The notes under the pieces: model-generated
What the model was told of the DNA's origin: nothing
Database searches by the model: none
What the model saw: only the letters and a program-made list of their open reading frames with translations
In this document: positions 36,701-48,726 of the stretch, one piece after another
Layout of the letters: the number at the start of each line of letters is the position of its first letter
How positions within the stretch are numbered: the stretch's first letter is position 1
Assembly (NCBI GenBank): GCA_905178155.1
Contig: CAJINV010000021.1
Coordinates: 417,050-481,049 of the forward strand
Source: Amoebophrya sp. A120
Taxonomy: Eukaryota > Protista > Dinoflagellata
Direction of reading: 5' to 3'
DNA length: 64,000 bases
Program-made: the position numbers and the translations under genes

Positions 36701-39700
36701 CGACTCCGAGAACTAGGGGCAATAATTCGACGGAGCAAGTGCAGGCTTCGGAATATAATTTCAACAATATGGATCAAAACATCAACAACTCAAGCCGCAG
36801 TTTGACAAATTCCCTGTCCCCAAGGGAGAAGGAGATCAACGTGTTCCTGATGTCCACGAACAAACACCACGCTGGCGCCGACGGGACAGACCCAGCAACC
36901 CTGTTGAGCACCCCACCAAACAGCCGGGAACTGAAAGACCCGAGCTTTGTGTTGCTATCCTGTGCAAAAGTATCGTACTCGTAGTAATCGCAATCATGCA
37001 TTACAAATCTTTATCCCATGGCAAAACAGCATGACAAATTCCATTTGTCATGCTGAGCTAATTTGTATTGCAATTACTACTAGTACGATACTTTTGCAGT
37101 TCATAGTTGCAAATGGACGACAACGGGGTCACGAACTTCTTTGACCAAGTGATCGTGGGTATGAACGGACAAAATACAACTTGACCCCAGAAAGAGCATA
37201 GAGCGCCACGAGAATGAAACTAGCGACCTACGAGAATGAGGAAGCAAATGGGGCCCCACCCGCTTACAACTTTTCCCGCTCCGGACGGGGTAGAGGCTGC
37301 ACTTTTCATAGGGCTTGTGCCCGTTTTTTCGCGCAAAGCTACTTGTTTTGCGCGCGGTTTTTCTCCGCTCGAGCGGTCGGGTGGAGAAAAACTGCATTAC
37401 AAAATTGGAAAACCGGCCGGATGCAGATGCAGCTTTTCTCCCCGCAGGAGAAAAGCCGCATCACAAATTCGCAAACTCCGCTTCCTGCGGTTGGAGAAAG
37501 ACCGCGCCTCCGGTTCTCCGCATTACAAATGCGGAAAGGTGACCTTTCCGCATTACAAGTGCGGAAAGGTGCCCATAGCCATTGCATTTGTAATGCGGAG
37601 AGCCCGACCTTTCAAAGGTCGGGCTCTCCGCATTACAAATGCAATGGGCGGAAAGGTCGGGCTCTCCGCGTTACAAATGCGGAGTGCGGGGCTTCCCAGA
37701 GCTCGGGGTTCGGGTTGTGGGTAAAATGGGGAAAGGGGAAAGCCCGGAGCCTCGGGTTCTCCGCAACCCGGGCTCTTCTCCGCATTACAAATCCCCCCAC
37801 CCCTTTCGCCACAAGCGGCTGCTGCAGCCGCTGCACACCGTCGGGCGCAACCTTTTGCGCGATGCTATCCCCAAGCAGCAATATTCGCACTCCCGATAGC
37901 ATCGAGCGTGAGGCTATGCTGCATGGTATCGCTGCGTGCGAATTTCCCTCGCAGCCATACCATGCTGCATTAGGTTACGCACGACCTGTGGCTGTCTTTC
38001 TCTGCCCCCCTTGGGCGTTGTGCAGCTTCTTTTTACCCTCAAACACGACCGGACCCCGGGAAAAGTTGTGGTTTAGGGAGGAAGCACAACTTTTCCGCGG
38101 ACCACCCCAAGCCGGCCCCGCGGTGCCGCTTCTCCCGCATGAAGCCACGGGGTTGCGCGGGCCCTCGTGCAGTCAATGGTCCAAATTCCCGCGGCGCTCG
38201 GTGTTTCGCAAGCATACACCTCCGCAGAGAGACACGGCCGATTTTTGGCGTTTGCCGTTTTTGCGCCGGGCCCCGAGGGTCCGGTCGCTAGCAATGAGGG
38301 GCCAGCGCGCGCCTTCGTTGTGTAGCCGGCGCGCTTTTTGTGGCAGGCTGCGCGCCTTTTCGTTTTGTTTTTTTCGTTTCTGTTCCTGTTGGGGTCCAAA
38401 GACAGGGCGCGGAACTAGGGGCGCCGGTGCGCTGGCGGTGTTTCTGGGGCAGCGCCAGCAGCGATGCTTCAAGCGGAGGGGGGGGGGCATGCAAAAAGGG
38501 GTCGCGCTCTGCAAAAAGCAGCTCTGCAAAAAGGGGTCACGAACTTCTTTGACCAAGTGATCGTGGGCCCGCACGATCCCTAAATCGGAAACATCAATCC
38601 GCATGCCTATAGGGGAAAACCCTAAACCCTTTGCGACCGAACGCCCGCATGGAGTACTCCCACGAGCTAGCTGGCGGCCCCGGCTGCGCGACCGGGTCCG
38701 GAGGGGAGCGTGGGCAAGAGAGGCGTTGCTCCAGTGAAGTGCAACGCCCATGACCTTTTTTTCTTCGTTGCCCGGGTGCGCGCAGCCAGCGCCCTTCCCG
38801 GCGGCGATCACCTCCGACCGCCACGACCCTCTGACCCCCGGTCACGTGCCGTCCGGCTGGCCGGACGGACGTGACCCGCCCGGTCACGTCTAGGCTCCTT
38901 GTTATCTTGTAATAATTTTTAGGGCAGGGGACCTAAGGCCCACCCACCTGGGTGGGTCGAAGGTCCCCTGAGGACCTAAGCGGACATTTTGTGACCCTCT
39001 TCTAAGCTACTCAAAAAGTCGCGGCGCGCGCGGCGCTTTTATTTTGAGGGCCAGCGCACTGGCGTGCAGATTTGGCCCGGGGATGTCGTGCGAAAAAAAC
39101 GCGGGAAACCAGGGCCAACACAAAGAAGGCCAGCAACCGCGCCCGCAAATCGGGGGGGAAGACTGACAGACACCCGGCGGGCCCGGCAACGCATTATACG
39201 GGGCGCGCCTCGCCTGTTTAGTTTCTTTCTTTGTTTGTTAGTACGGGGTCACGAACTTCTTTGACCAAGTGATCGTGGGCCCGCACGAAGTCATCACCGA
39301 GGGCGTGAATTTCAACGTGAAACAAACGGAAAACTTGCCGTTTCGCCAGACCGTCGACTACAACCCTCGAAATTTCTCGGTTGCGTATCAAGGCGCGGGC
39401 GCGCAAACAGCGACGAAAATTATAGGTGCAAACAATAGTCCGCGGCAGCCAACGCGCGCGAACAACAATAACATACCCGAGGCAATACCCGAACAGCAGG
39501 AGTACGAGTCGTCAAACGAGAATAACGACAAAAAGAATGAGGAATACATCCTTCCTCCCAAGAACGACAATAATCTACCGCCAGCAGGGAAGAAGAAAAC
39601 GGTTTCCGCAAGTGTACAGAGCTACACGCAAAATCAGCGACAGGACCTGCTCTCGAAAATACCAGGCGGCACGACGAAAAACGCGCAGGAGGGGTACAGT

Positions 39701-39742
39701 GCCAATCAGCGCGACAACCTGCTTTCCAAAATGCCGTTTTGA
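33790..39742 (+). CDS. Large uncharacterised Ser-rich protein; one TIR intron and a 2.1-kb insert near the 3' end
   Basis: 1064-aa ORF continues after removing 36956-37110 (FVL|QMDDNGVTNFFDQVIVG) and resumes in ORF 39269-39742 (VIVGPHEVITEG...). Confidence 0.75.
36956..37105. mobile_element. TIR intron, family E
   Basis: TATCCTGTGCAAAAGTATCGTACT/AGTACGATACTTTTGCAGTTCATA; duplication GTTGC. Confidence 0.93.
37160..39243. mobile_element. 2.08-kb GC-rich insert flanked by a 36-bp exon duplication, with a third internal 44-bp copy
   Basis: CGGGGTCACGAACTTCTTTGACCAAGTGATCGTGGG at 37124-37159 and 39244-39279; internal copy 38533-38576; ends TATGAACGGACAAA/TTTGTTTGTTAGTA. Confidence 0.8.
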
Positions 39743-40617
39743 TGCGGAAGGGCCTTTTGGGTGCAGTGCTTCTGCGCCCTTGTTTTAATTATTCATTTGT
39801 TTTTTTCTTTTTTTATTTCGTAAGTGAGTCTATGATCATGCGCATCAAGCGCTGCAGTCCCTAAGTTGTAGACGTTTACTCACAGACATTCGACTTGAGT
39901 ATATTAGAGATTGAGATACTACTTGTACTACAACTTCTAAGTACAATATCACACCGTGCTGCAACTGCAAGAAAATCGGCTGGGGACGACACTTGATTCA
40001 ACTACAGTCCCATCAGATCTGGGAGTTTTCTGCCAATCGGAAAAGCTTGAGGACACAGAGACCCAGTGCCGCATGTTGCGAGTCTATTTCGGATATCAAT
40101 ATTCCTTCATCTTTTGCATTCAGGTTCAGACCGAAGATATTTGACAACATTATGAACTTGAAAACAACTACAGGTTGGTCGTCACCACCTGTGGTTTTTT
40201 TTGCCGCGCAGGCTTTTCCTTTTTGCTCTTGCGCGTTTTTGCTGTTCACATTCGAAGGTGGCACAAGCACACGGTTTGAGAGCAGTCCATGCTGATGTGC
40301 TGCGCGCGTCTCATTGGTGCAGCCGCACCAATCTTGTTGTGCCCCGCCCATGGTTAACTACTCACAGAGAGATTTATTTTATGACCGTACGTATCCCGGC
40401 GCGTAAGTACATACAATATCACGATCATCATGACCGTGACTGCGTAAATTGGTTGCCAGCACGCACAAGAACATTCCTACCGTTCAGAACGACGGCCTTG
40501 TGAGTGTGTGGAGTAACGTAAGTACATCAAGGTCAACATCAAGTACCAAAACGCAGAGGAGTGTTTTTACGTACCTGATCGATCCTTCAATGTTGTTGAT
40601 CAACTAGCGCCAGAATC

Positions 40618-43600
40618 ATGGTCGTCGGTGAAGACGTACTAGATTTCTTTGGAGATAACATTTCGCACAGCAGCACGTCCCAACCCGAAAACTCCACCCG
40701 TGTTGGTGGTTTGCCGCACCAGTCACCGGCCACCGGTACTGCTCCTACTACCACCTCTACGACCAACATGGCAATCGACGACTGGCTAGCAAGTTCTCCT
40801 CCGCGGAGCCATAAAATGCCTGCGACGACCGGAAATAACTACACAAAGCCGGTAGCAGCTGCGTCTAGCAATTTTGATGACGATTGGTTGTTCGGATCGC
40901 TGAGTTCTTCTAGCACGGAGAAGAAGAAAAATGAGGGGATCAGTTCCACAGCATCCATGTCGACGTCCACAGGGAACAGCAGCAGCACGGGAAGAACTTC
41001 TACGCCTACCAGTGGCGCAAGTTCTTCTATGCACCACCAGCTTCGTCCGGGCGGGGGCGGCAATGGCAACCTCAACCACAATCCGAGTAGTTCCTCTGCC
41101 AGTAGTTCGTCTAACTCCAGTGCTGGCCTGAGCGATGACTACCTCTACGTCGACTCCGAGACGCAGAGTGTGCAGCTGACAGGAGGGTCGACGTCAGGGA
41201 CAAGTAGAACTACAGCTCGGACGTCGGCTCCTTCTGCGCAACAGATGGTTTCTACGCCGACCACTACTTCTGGTCGCCAACAGGAACTACAGCACGTGCA
41301 CCCTCCGTCTCAATCCTCCCGAGCAGCACAACAGCTACATGAGGACTCATCTTCAAAAGTCGATCCTTTTTACAACAATCTTTCCACAACTACATCAAGT
41401 CGGGTGAGTTCGAAGGAAGGAAACAGCACGAATCAAAGCTTTTCCGTGGAGGACGACGTATGCACTGCAAAAGTACCGTACTCGTAGTACTAATTGCTAT
41501 CATGCATGACAAACATCCCTTTTTAGGTAAATCAGCATCACAAATTCCATTTTTCTTCTTGAAAAAAATTGTGATGCAATTTATACTAGTACGATACTTT
41601 TGCAATGCATACGACGATGTGGGGTACGATGTGAACATCAAGTTGGAGCAAGGTGACGACGAGCACCCAGGAACAAACGCTCATGAGAATAGTAGCAGCT
41701 CCGGCAGTAACAATACTAATTCCGGCACGAAGATGAACAATAAGCCCTCCGGCGCGCCGGAGTATTTTTCCATGGTTTCGAACGACTCACCGCCACGAAA
41801 TCAAGATATGGCGTTCTCAAACGTTACATTCTCAACTGTTGCATGGATTTGTGATGCAAAAACAGCAATAGGGAAAGGGGCGAGCTTGCAAGTCTCGCAT
41901 CACAAATTTGGCACAGATTTAGACGCTGCCTAGCCCTTCGAGACTTTCTCATGCGAAGCAGCTTGATAGTCTGGAGGCTCATGATCATTTTGCATGACAA
42001 ATCATGTAACAGTTGAGAATGTAACAGTTGAGAGCCCCATACAAGAGCAAGGAAATTTTGGAGATTCTCAAATGAGTCCAGAAGTAAACTCATCATCGAT
42101 AGCGAACACAGGAGCTGACGATGATGGAGCTCCTACTTCTGCAGGTGGACCCGGTGCACCAGCTGCGTCCTCGAGTACCAGCAAGCCGTTTTGCTACCAG
42201 ACCTTCGTCACTGAGGTGTTGAAGCACCCCAGTGCCACGCCCACGATACACAACGCCAAGCTGTTTGTGGACCAGGTAAGTATCTTCATATATTAATCGT
42301 TAGAGTGCAAACTAGCCTTTCTCGGCTGGATCCCCTTGTACAGCACGACCACGGAACATTCAGAATGAAGAAAATGAATTTTCTTTGAGGAGAAAACTTG
42401 ATGCAAAAATGAGGCATGATGTACAACTACCTCGCGTTTGCAATCTATCGCGCCCAATAATAAATAATGCAGGTGAACAACCTCGCACCGGAAAAGCGCG
42501 GTGCAGCCATCGCATCCTTCCGAGCTTACATCCCAAAGCTGCATGCAAAACTGATGGAGGCTGAGATCTATGAGGAGTATAATTTTGAGGCAATCAATTT
42601 GTGGTGCTTCTTCTTTCTTGTAGATTGTTGGAATGAATATGAAACTGCGCAAATCTTATTTAAGCATATTTCTATGATCCACCAGACTCCTCGTGGTCCT
42701 CTTCTACATCTAGCAATTACATCCGCACCAGGGCCGACGACCAGTCTAAGCAATACGCGCTCGAAGGGCTGGAAAAGTTTGTCGCGACCAAAATTTACAA
42801 TTCCGTTTTTCGCATCCATCCGGAGGACGATGGTCGACGGGATCGGAACGTCTCCACAAAACTCACCTCGCTCAAGTGGGTCAAGCTGCACCGCCATCTC
42901 GGTACTACTTATATGAATGCGGAATGCCCAACATGTAGTAACAATAATGTGGTCGAGCGCAAAAGCAGATGAACAAAAACTTCTACAAGCAAGTCAGGGT
43001 GTGAGTGTCAGCAGGCACGCCAGCATTATTACGTAGCAGAAAAAAAAAATGAATGTTCTTCGTACGTGTTTCAATTAATTTTTCTATCACACAGACGTGA
43101 GCGAAGCGGTTGCCGAGCACCCAAAACTGGAAGTGGCCAAGGATTTTTTTACGCGGCTGAACGAGTACAAAGCCCCCCGGGACAAGCTGATCTGCCTCCA
43201 GAACGTGTGCAAAGTTCTCCTGACCTGCCTCGAACAGTGCAGTAACGGCTCCTCGGCCGGGGCGGACGATCTCCTGCCAGTGCTGCTTTTCGTGCTGATC
43301 CAGGTCAACCCGCCGAACTTGCACAGCAATTTGGAGTTTATCTCCAATTTTCACCAGCAGCTGGTCGAGGAGGGCTTGTACTACCTGACTACAGTGAAGT
43401 CCGCGTTGGAATTCCTTCGTTCTATGGACCACACGGCCCTATCTAACGTGGACAAGGGCGAGTTTGAGTTTAACTGCGAAGACATTCTGCGCCCCTTGGG
43501 GCTCGCGTTGGAACCCGAGCCGGGGGAACCGGGGTTTCTTGACGGCGGGAATAATGGTGGACCGGGAGGCGGAGCGTCGTCGTCGTCTACCCATGGGAGC

Positions 43601-44239
43601 AAGGGCAGAAAGGCGGGTGGAAGAAATAACGCGAACAGGGACAACACTAGTGGTGCAACGAGTTCTAGCAACCAAGAGCAGCAGGGGTCCACACCTTTGA
43701 GCTTTCTCGGCGCTGCGAAAAGCATGTTCAATCTCGGTGGAGGCGGAGGTGGATCATCTTCGGCTTCGAATAGCAACAAGGACAGTAAGAATACCGGTAA
43801 CATGGCGGAAAACAACACAGCCAACACGACCCCGTCCGGAACGGACCACGGCGATATTAGCACAGTCGACGGAACATTATCAACGAATGGCAAAACACCA
43901 AGGAGCTCGGCGTCTTCTTCTCAGAATAATGCTGGTGCATCGGAAAACTACAACAGAAGTTCGTCCGGTGGAGCAAATTATCAGGGCCGATCGTTATCGC
44001 ACGAGGAAATCATGCAAAAGTGTCGGCAGGAGCTGGAGGCCACCCATCTCGTGGTCCCCTTAGATGACGACCGGCGCCTGATGCTGCGGGAGTTTGAGCA
44101 CCACTTCAACGCGCACAAAATGGACTCACTGACCATCCGTGAGGTGCCCCAGCTACTCTCGGATTACAAGGCACTGTCCCGGTTTTTTCAGATCCTCCAG
44201 AAAACCTACCACGAACAGCTGAAAAGGAAAAAGAAGTGA
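40618..44239 (+). CDS. VPS9-domain protein (Rab5-family GEF); 2 TIR introns and GT-AG introns 42276-42472, 42577-42713, 42902-43094
   Basis: EGLEKFVATKIY, YKAPRDKLICL, GADDLLPVLLFVLIQVNPPNLHSNLEFI, EGLYYLT motifs. Confidence 0.9.
41459..41611. mobile_element. TIR intron, family E (reverse complement of 32049 copy)
   Basis: TATGCACTGCAAAAGTACCGTACT/AGTACGATACTTTTGCAATGCATA; duplication CGACG. Confidence 0.93.
41807..42041. mobile_element. TIR intron, family D
   Basis: TATGGCGTTCTCAAACGTTACATTCTCAACTGTT/AACAGTTGAGAATGTAACAGTTGAGAGCCCCATA; duplication CAAGA. Confidence 0.94.
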
Positions 44240-45172
44240 GAGAAATGTACGGAGGACGTCAGCCCACGGCGAGGAAGGCATTTTCTGAATTCTGTCTTGG
44301 CTCTACATCTCCTTCTCCCAGCATAGCATGCGGCCGGACAGACTGTATGCTCGACAAATTTTGCAAATGTTACACGACCTGACTTCGAGGTCATCGTCAT
44401 CATTCGTCATGGTAGAAGTACAGGCCAGTGGAAACCTAGCAGGGGAAGGCGAGCCACCATGGAAGATAGGGCGATAAAGCAGCTGATCATTTTCTGCTCG
44501 TCTTGCTTTTCCTTGCATTTTCTTTTCGAAGAAAGAGAAACAGCATGTGAATGATGTTGAAAGAGCATATTGTTTTTGATTTTGCGTCATCATGGCCTTT
44601 CTTCGCATGAAATTAGTAGATGAGAAGAACAGGTCCAGGTGCTGCGCATCACCTCCAGTTGTGGAGGCTTGAGCAGGGAGAAGTCCAAACTTCTTGTCTT
44701 CAGACCTTTCGCTGCATAATTCAATAAGGTTGAAGCGATTTTTGATTCAAACAAATCTTGTTCAATCTTCATGATCCCTGTGCTAGTACTTATTAATCCA
44801 CCAACTGAAAAGTATTTTTTTTTGACACCAACTCCAACCAGAGCCCGTTGCCACCCAGCCCTGTGTAGTCGCGTCTGAGAGAAGACTCACGACGTTCTTG
44901 ATGTTGAGAGATTTTTTGTCGGTTTTTCTTGTGCCCCGAGAATACAACAGGATGTCTTGCATGGATCACTCTCCACTGGCACCGCAGGCGCAGACACCCT
45001 TCTTTCTAGTATAGTCCCGCCCATCTTAAGTTTCCTACCCGATTGACAGTGATCTGATCGTGATCACCGGCTTTCTTCCCCCACCTGCCTCCTCAAGTAT
45101 TCGGTTTTATGAATCAGACTCTCAGTTCTCTACGTCTGGACGACTTCGGGTGTTAGTTTTGTTTTTCAAAAG

Positions 45173-48084
45173 ATGACTCTGCACGATCTGGACGGGGATG
45201 CGATCGATGTTGAAGAGGCCAGCACCTCGAAAGGAACTTCTTTCTGCCAAACTGGAACTTGCGGACGCAGGAGAAAAAAGCCTACCCAACCTGATTTAAC
45301 CACCAACGACTACTCCTACGTCCTGTTTCCCGAAGACACTACAGTCGCACGACCACCAGTACAGGTACATGCAGCAATGTTGTTGGCCGGGGACGAGAAC
45401 TATCGTATGGGAAACCCCCCGACAGCTGCCGGAATACACGAGGAACGTCGTTGGTACCACTTCCGGTGGCGATTTTTGTGTGAAGACACGGAAGCGGACG
45501 CGACCTGCTGTGAAGACGCTTGGTGATACATAAAGTACTTTCTCGGGGTCTGGTTCGGCTCCTTGAGTGCACTCGCTATCGGCTCCTATCTGGTCTTCCG
45601 GTGGGTGCACGCTGAATTTCCATCCTCCGGTGGAGACGACGTCGCAAACGATCTACAACAACTTTTGTCGACGACAATTTCCAATACCAATGCAAGCCCG
45701 GTAGGAACCACGACGGTCCTTGCTGCTTCGTCGTTTATCTCTGGCGCTACTCCTGTCGCTGCAACGACGGCCCCAGGAAATGTGGTGGCGGGGGCCTCGT
45801 TGAGCGGTTTTCTACCGATTAGAACAAATGGGTAAAAAGCTGCTAAACGGTGAAATCTGTATGTCGATTACCAATATAAGCGCCTCGGCTCACATAAAGC
45901 TTAATATGACAGCAAACTATGCTCTTGCCGTAATGTTGAGTTTCAACATCCTACCAATCTCACAATTCTTGTGATTTGCGATTTCACGCCGGTCGTCCAG
46001 TTTTGCCGGCTGCTAGCGCAATGATTTTTGACCTAAAAGAAAAGCTGCATGTTTCTTGCTGTAATTCGAAGATAAAGCTGGCGGTCGTGACGAAAGCGAT
46101 TTCTTCTTCCTGCTGCAATTCTATCAGTACAACTCTTGATAAACCAGATTTATGTTTCGTGTAAGAAAGAAAGTAAATCAGGATGTTGATCCGTATCTGT
46201 TGTAAGATCTAGAGGTCAACCGAAAAAATCAAAAATCTATGGCGTTGCTCCTTGAAAAAACTACAATCCTTGAATTTGATTTTTTGAAGTTTTTCCTTCG
46301 GGCATCAAATTGGGGCCATCCTTACTTTGGGCCCGTTTGTGTTCCGATGCCTTTTTGTATGTGGTCATGTCCCGACGTTGATTCCTCTACGCAACGCGGG
46401 GTGTTTGGGCGAATCACTCACCAGTGAGAACAATCGATCACGAGACGAGACCACTCTGTGAGAAACAGTTTCGCAATTAAAGAAAGATGAAGAAACGCCA
46501 CGGTCACGGACTCCAGTGTGCGTCGGCACTCTTACCTCCGTGATGCTTTCTCGGTTTGCCGCACCACTGGAATTTGGCTTTCAGCCTGGGCCCGTTTCTA
46601 TCGTTTGCGTTTGCTCTACTAGAGGATTAGAGGGGCGGGGCTCCTCCAGAGTCCAAGTTATTGGAGGGCTTGGCTTTGGGAATCACGTCAACACGCCGCG
46701 GCACCGACCTCCTCGGGCCCGGTTTTTCTTCCCTATCTACACTTTCGGAGGCGCAATTATGTCGGTATTGCGGAAAGGCCTAGTTTGGTCGGGTTTCATT
46801 GGCATGGTGTGCTCTTCGTGGACCCCTTGTGGGGACGTTTTTCTCGTGGTATTACACGCGATGCCCCACGCCGGGGGTAGATAGGGGCGCGGCTGCTTAC
46901 CCGCTAGCCCGGACCTGCGGTCTGGTTCGCCAGCTTGTTGTCGGGCATGTTTTGTTTTTTTGGCTGGGGATTTTGGATTGGCGCCAGGTGCGTGCTCCCC
47001 TTCGCTTTTGGTGGCTTTTAGAAGCAATATCGGTTGCTCCCGCAGGGACGGCGGGGTTCCCGCCTTAGCTAGCTTGTCAGCGCCGCTGCCCGGTACAACT
47101 GCTACTCCTATGAGGAGGGGTCTTTGCGACATTCCGAATAGGAGCGATGCCTCCACCCCGCTTGCGCGCGGGTCTTGTTTGTTAGTTTCTAGCCCGGGCG
47201 AGGCGTGGTCAGTTCACGCGCAGTTGCGGTCCTCCTTGGGTGTGGGAGGTTGCTGTGCCGTAGCTACTTGCTTTCTCGGCTGTGGCCGCGCGCGCGTTCC
47301 GTGCTAGCCATGTGGCGGGAAGTCGTTTATTTCACCAGGCCACGGGGGAGAGCGGGCCTTTCATTTCGTGCGGGTTGTTGGAGATTGCTTAAAGGACGCG
47401 CGCTGGTAGACTGGCTTCCTTCTGTAAGAGGGCTTGCCTTTTTCGGGTACTTGCATACACTGCTCCTGCTCGAGTTGCAGATGCTCGCGCTTCTAGCGTT
47501 GGTCAGCGAGGTAGGGGCTACGTGCGCTCGGCGCGGCGAGTCAGGGGCCCGGCGATAACGAGGGGGAGGCGCTTTTGGGAGCGAGGTTGTGCTGCCTGGG
47601 CATACAACTGTGCGACTTGAATAGATTCAGTCGGTTGCCTGTCTTCCCTTGGGGGCAAGTGGGGCTGGGGCTGGCGTTGTTCCCCCATTCAACCACCGGA
47701 GGTGGGGTTCTGGGGGGTCTTGCCCTGGGGGCCAGGTGGTGGCGGAGTGGGCCGTTCCCCGCTACGGAAGCTAGGTCCGGCCTGCTGCGCCCAGCCCCTA
47801 CCTTCAGGCTCGCTCCAACGGGCCGCTTGGGCGGTGTCGGCTCTGTCTGGATAACACTCGGAAGGAACGCAGCGAAAATTAAAGAAAGATGAAGAAACGC
47901 CACGGTCACGGACTCCAGTGTGCGTGAAGATCGGTCGATCGCGCCAGGGGTGCCTACTATTGAAGATGTAGATGCTTTCCAAGTAAATAAAGTGTGGCAA
48001 ATGTTGCGGGATAAGCACGCTTCACTATCCACCCTAGGACACGACTACGATCCACTTCGGTTTGTCATCCGAAATCGGTTTTGA
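45173..48084 (+). pseudogene. Possible membrane-protein gene or pseudogene with three in-frame TGA codons and a 1.35-kb insert
   Basis: ORFs 45173-45526 and 45563-45835 are one frame split by TGA. The frame from 46239 reads through TGA 46425 and 46488 and, across the insert, into DSSVREDRSIAPGVPTIEDV...RNRF. Linking the two halves is inferred. Confidence 0.45.
46524..47876. mobile_element. 1353-bp GC-rich insert flanked by a perfect 49-bp direct repeat
   Basis: AATTAAAGAAAGATGAAGAAACGCCACGGTCACGGACTCCAGTGTGCGT at 46475-46523 and 47877-47925. Confidence 0.78.
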
Positions 48085-48726
48085 CAGTAGTGTTGTCGGT
48101 TCCGAGAAGAACTAAAACCAGAGCTGATGTTGACGCAGTATTGACACGCGCCCTGTAATGACGAAGAACTTGAGTCACGCTATGTCAATGAAGTAATGTA
48201 TGATGGTGAGTTACAGTAACAGTTATTCTTGTGATGTACTTTTAGACAAGGAAAATCGAGGAAGTTCATCAAAAATCGAACACCCCCCTACCCGGGGCTC
48301 CCGGGGAAATAAGTTGATTGGTGTGGGCCCCAACCATTTCGCATTTCCCCCCCGCGGAGCCCGCCCCGCCATGCGCTGCCGCTGGCATGTGTGTCGTTTT
48401 TAGTTCTCACGCCTGCGCATGTACGGGCCGAAGCGATCCCGGCATTTGCTCTACAGTCTTGCTCCGGTTCAAAGGTAGGCGCTTATGAAAGAACAGCCCG
48501 AAGGCGTTCGAAGGTGGCGCGCGTTTAAAATCGGCGCCACTGTTCCGAAAACGTTCCGGGGTCCCATTTTTTGTCCTGTCGCAGCGCAGAACGCTTCCGC
48601 TTTGTCACCTGAATGCTTTGCGCAGCTCGGAGAATGTAGAGCAGCGACATTACATCCACCAGCAGAACCACCCAGAGCCACAGGAGCAAACGGGCAGCCG
48701 CCCAACCCATGTCCCCGCCCCGCCCC

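Noticed and set aside
37214-38560. 448-aa ORF as a transposase
   Set aside because: It translates a GC-rich repeat array; no DDE, tyrosine recombinase, HUH or RT motifs recognised.
38577-38630. Telomere or chromosome end
   Set aside because: Only two isolated CCCTAAA units, not an array.
37124-39288. Three 36-bp direct repeats as a CRISPR array
   Set aside because: Spacing is 0.7-1.4 kb, the repeat is coding exon sequence, no cas genes, eukaryotic context.
42569-42674. TIR intron in the VPS9 gene (AGATC/TGATC flanks)
   Set aside because: Removal gives the wrong frame; GT-AG intron 42577-42713 restores EGLEKFV.
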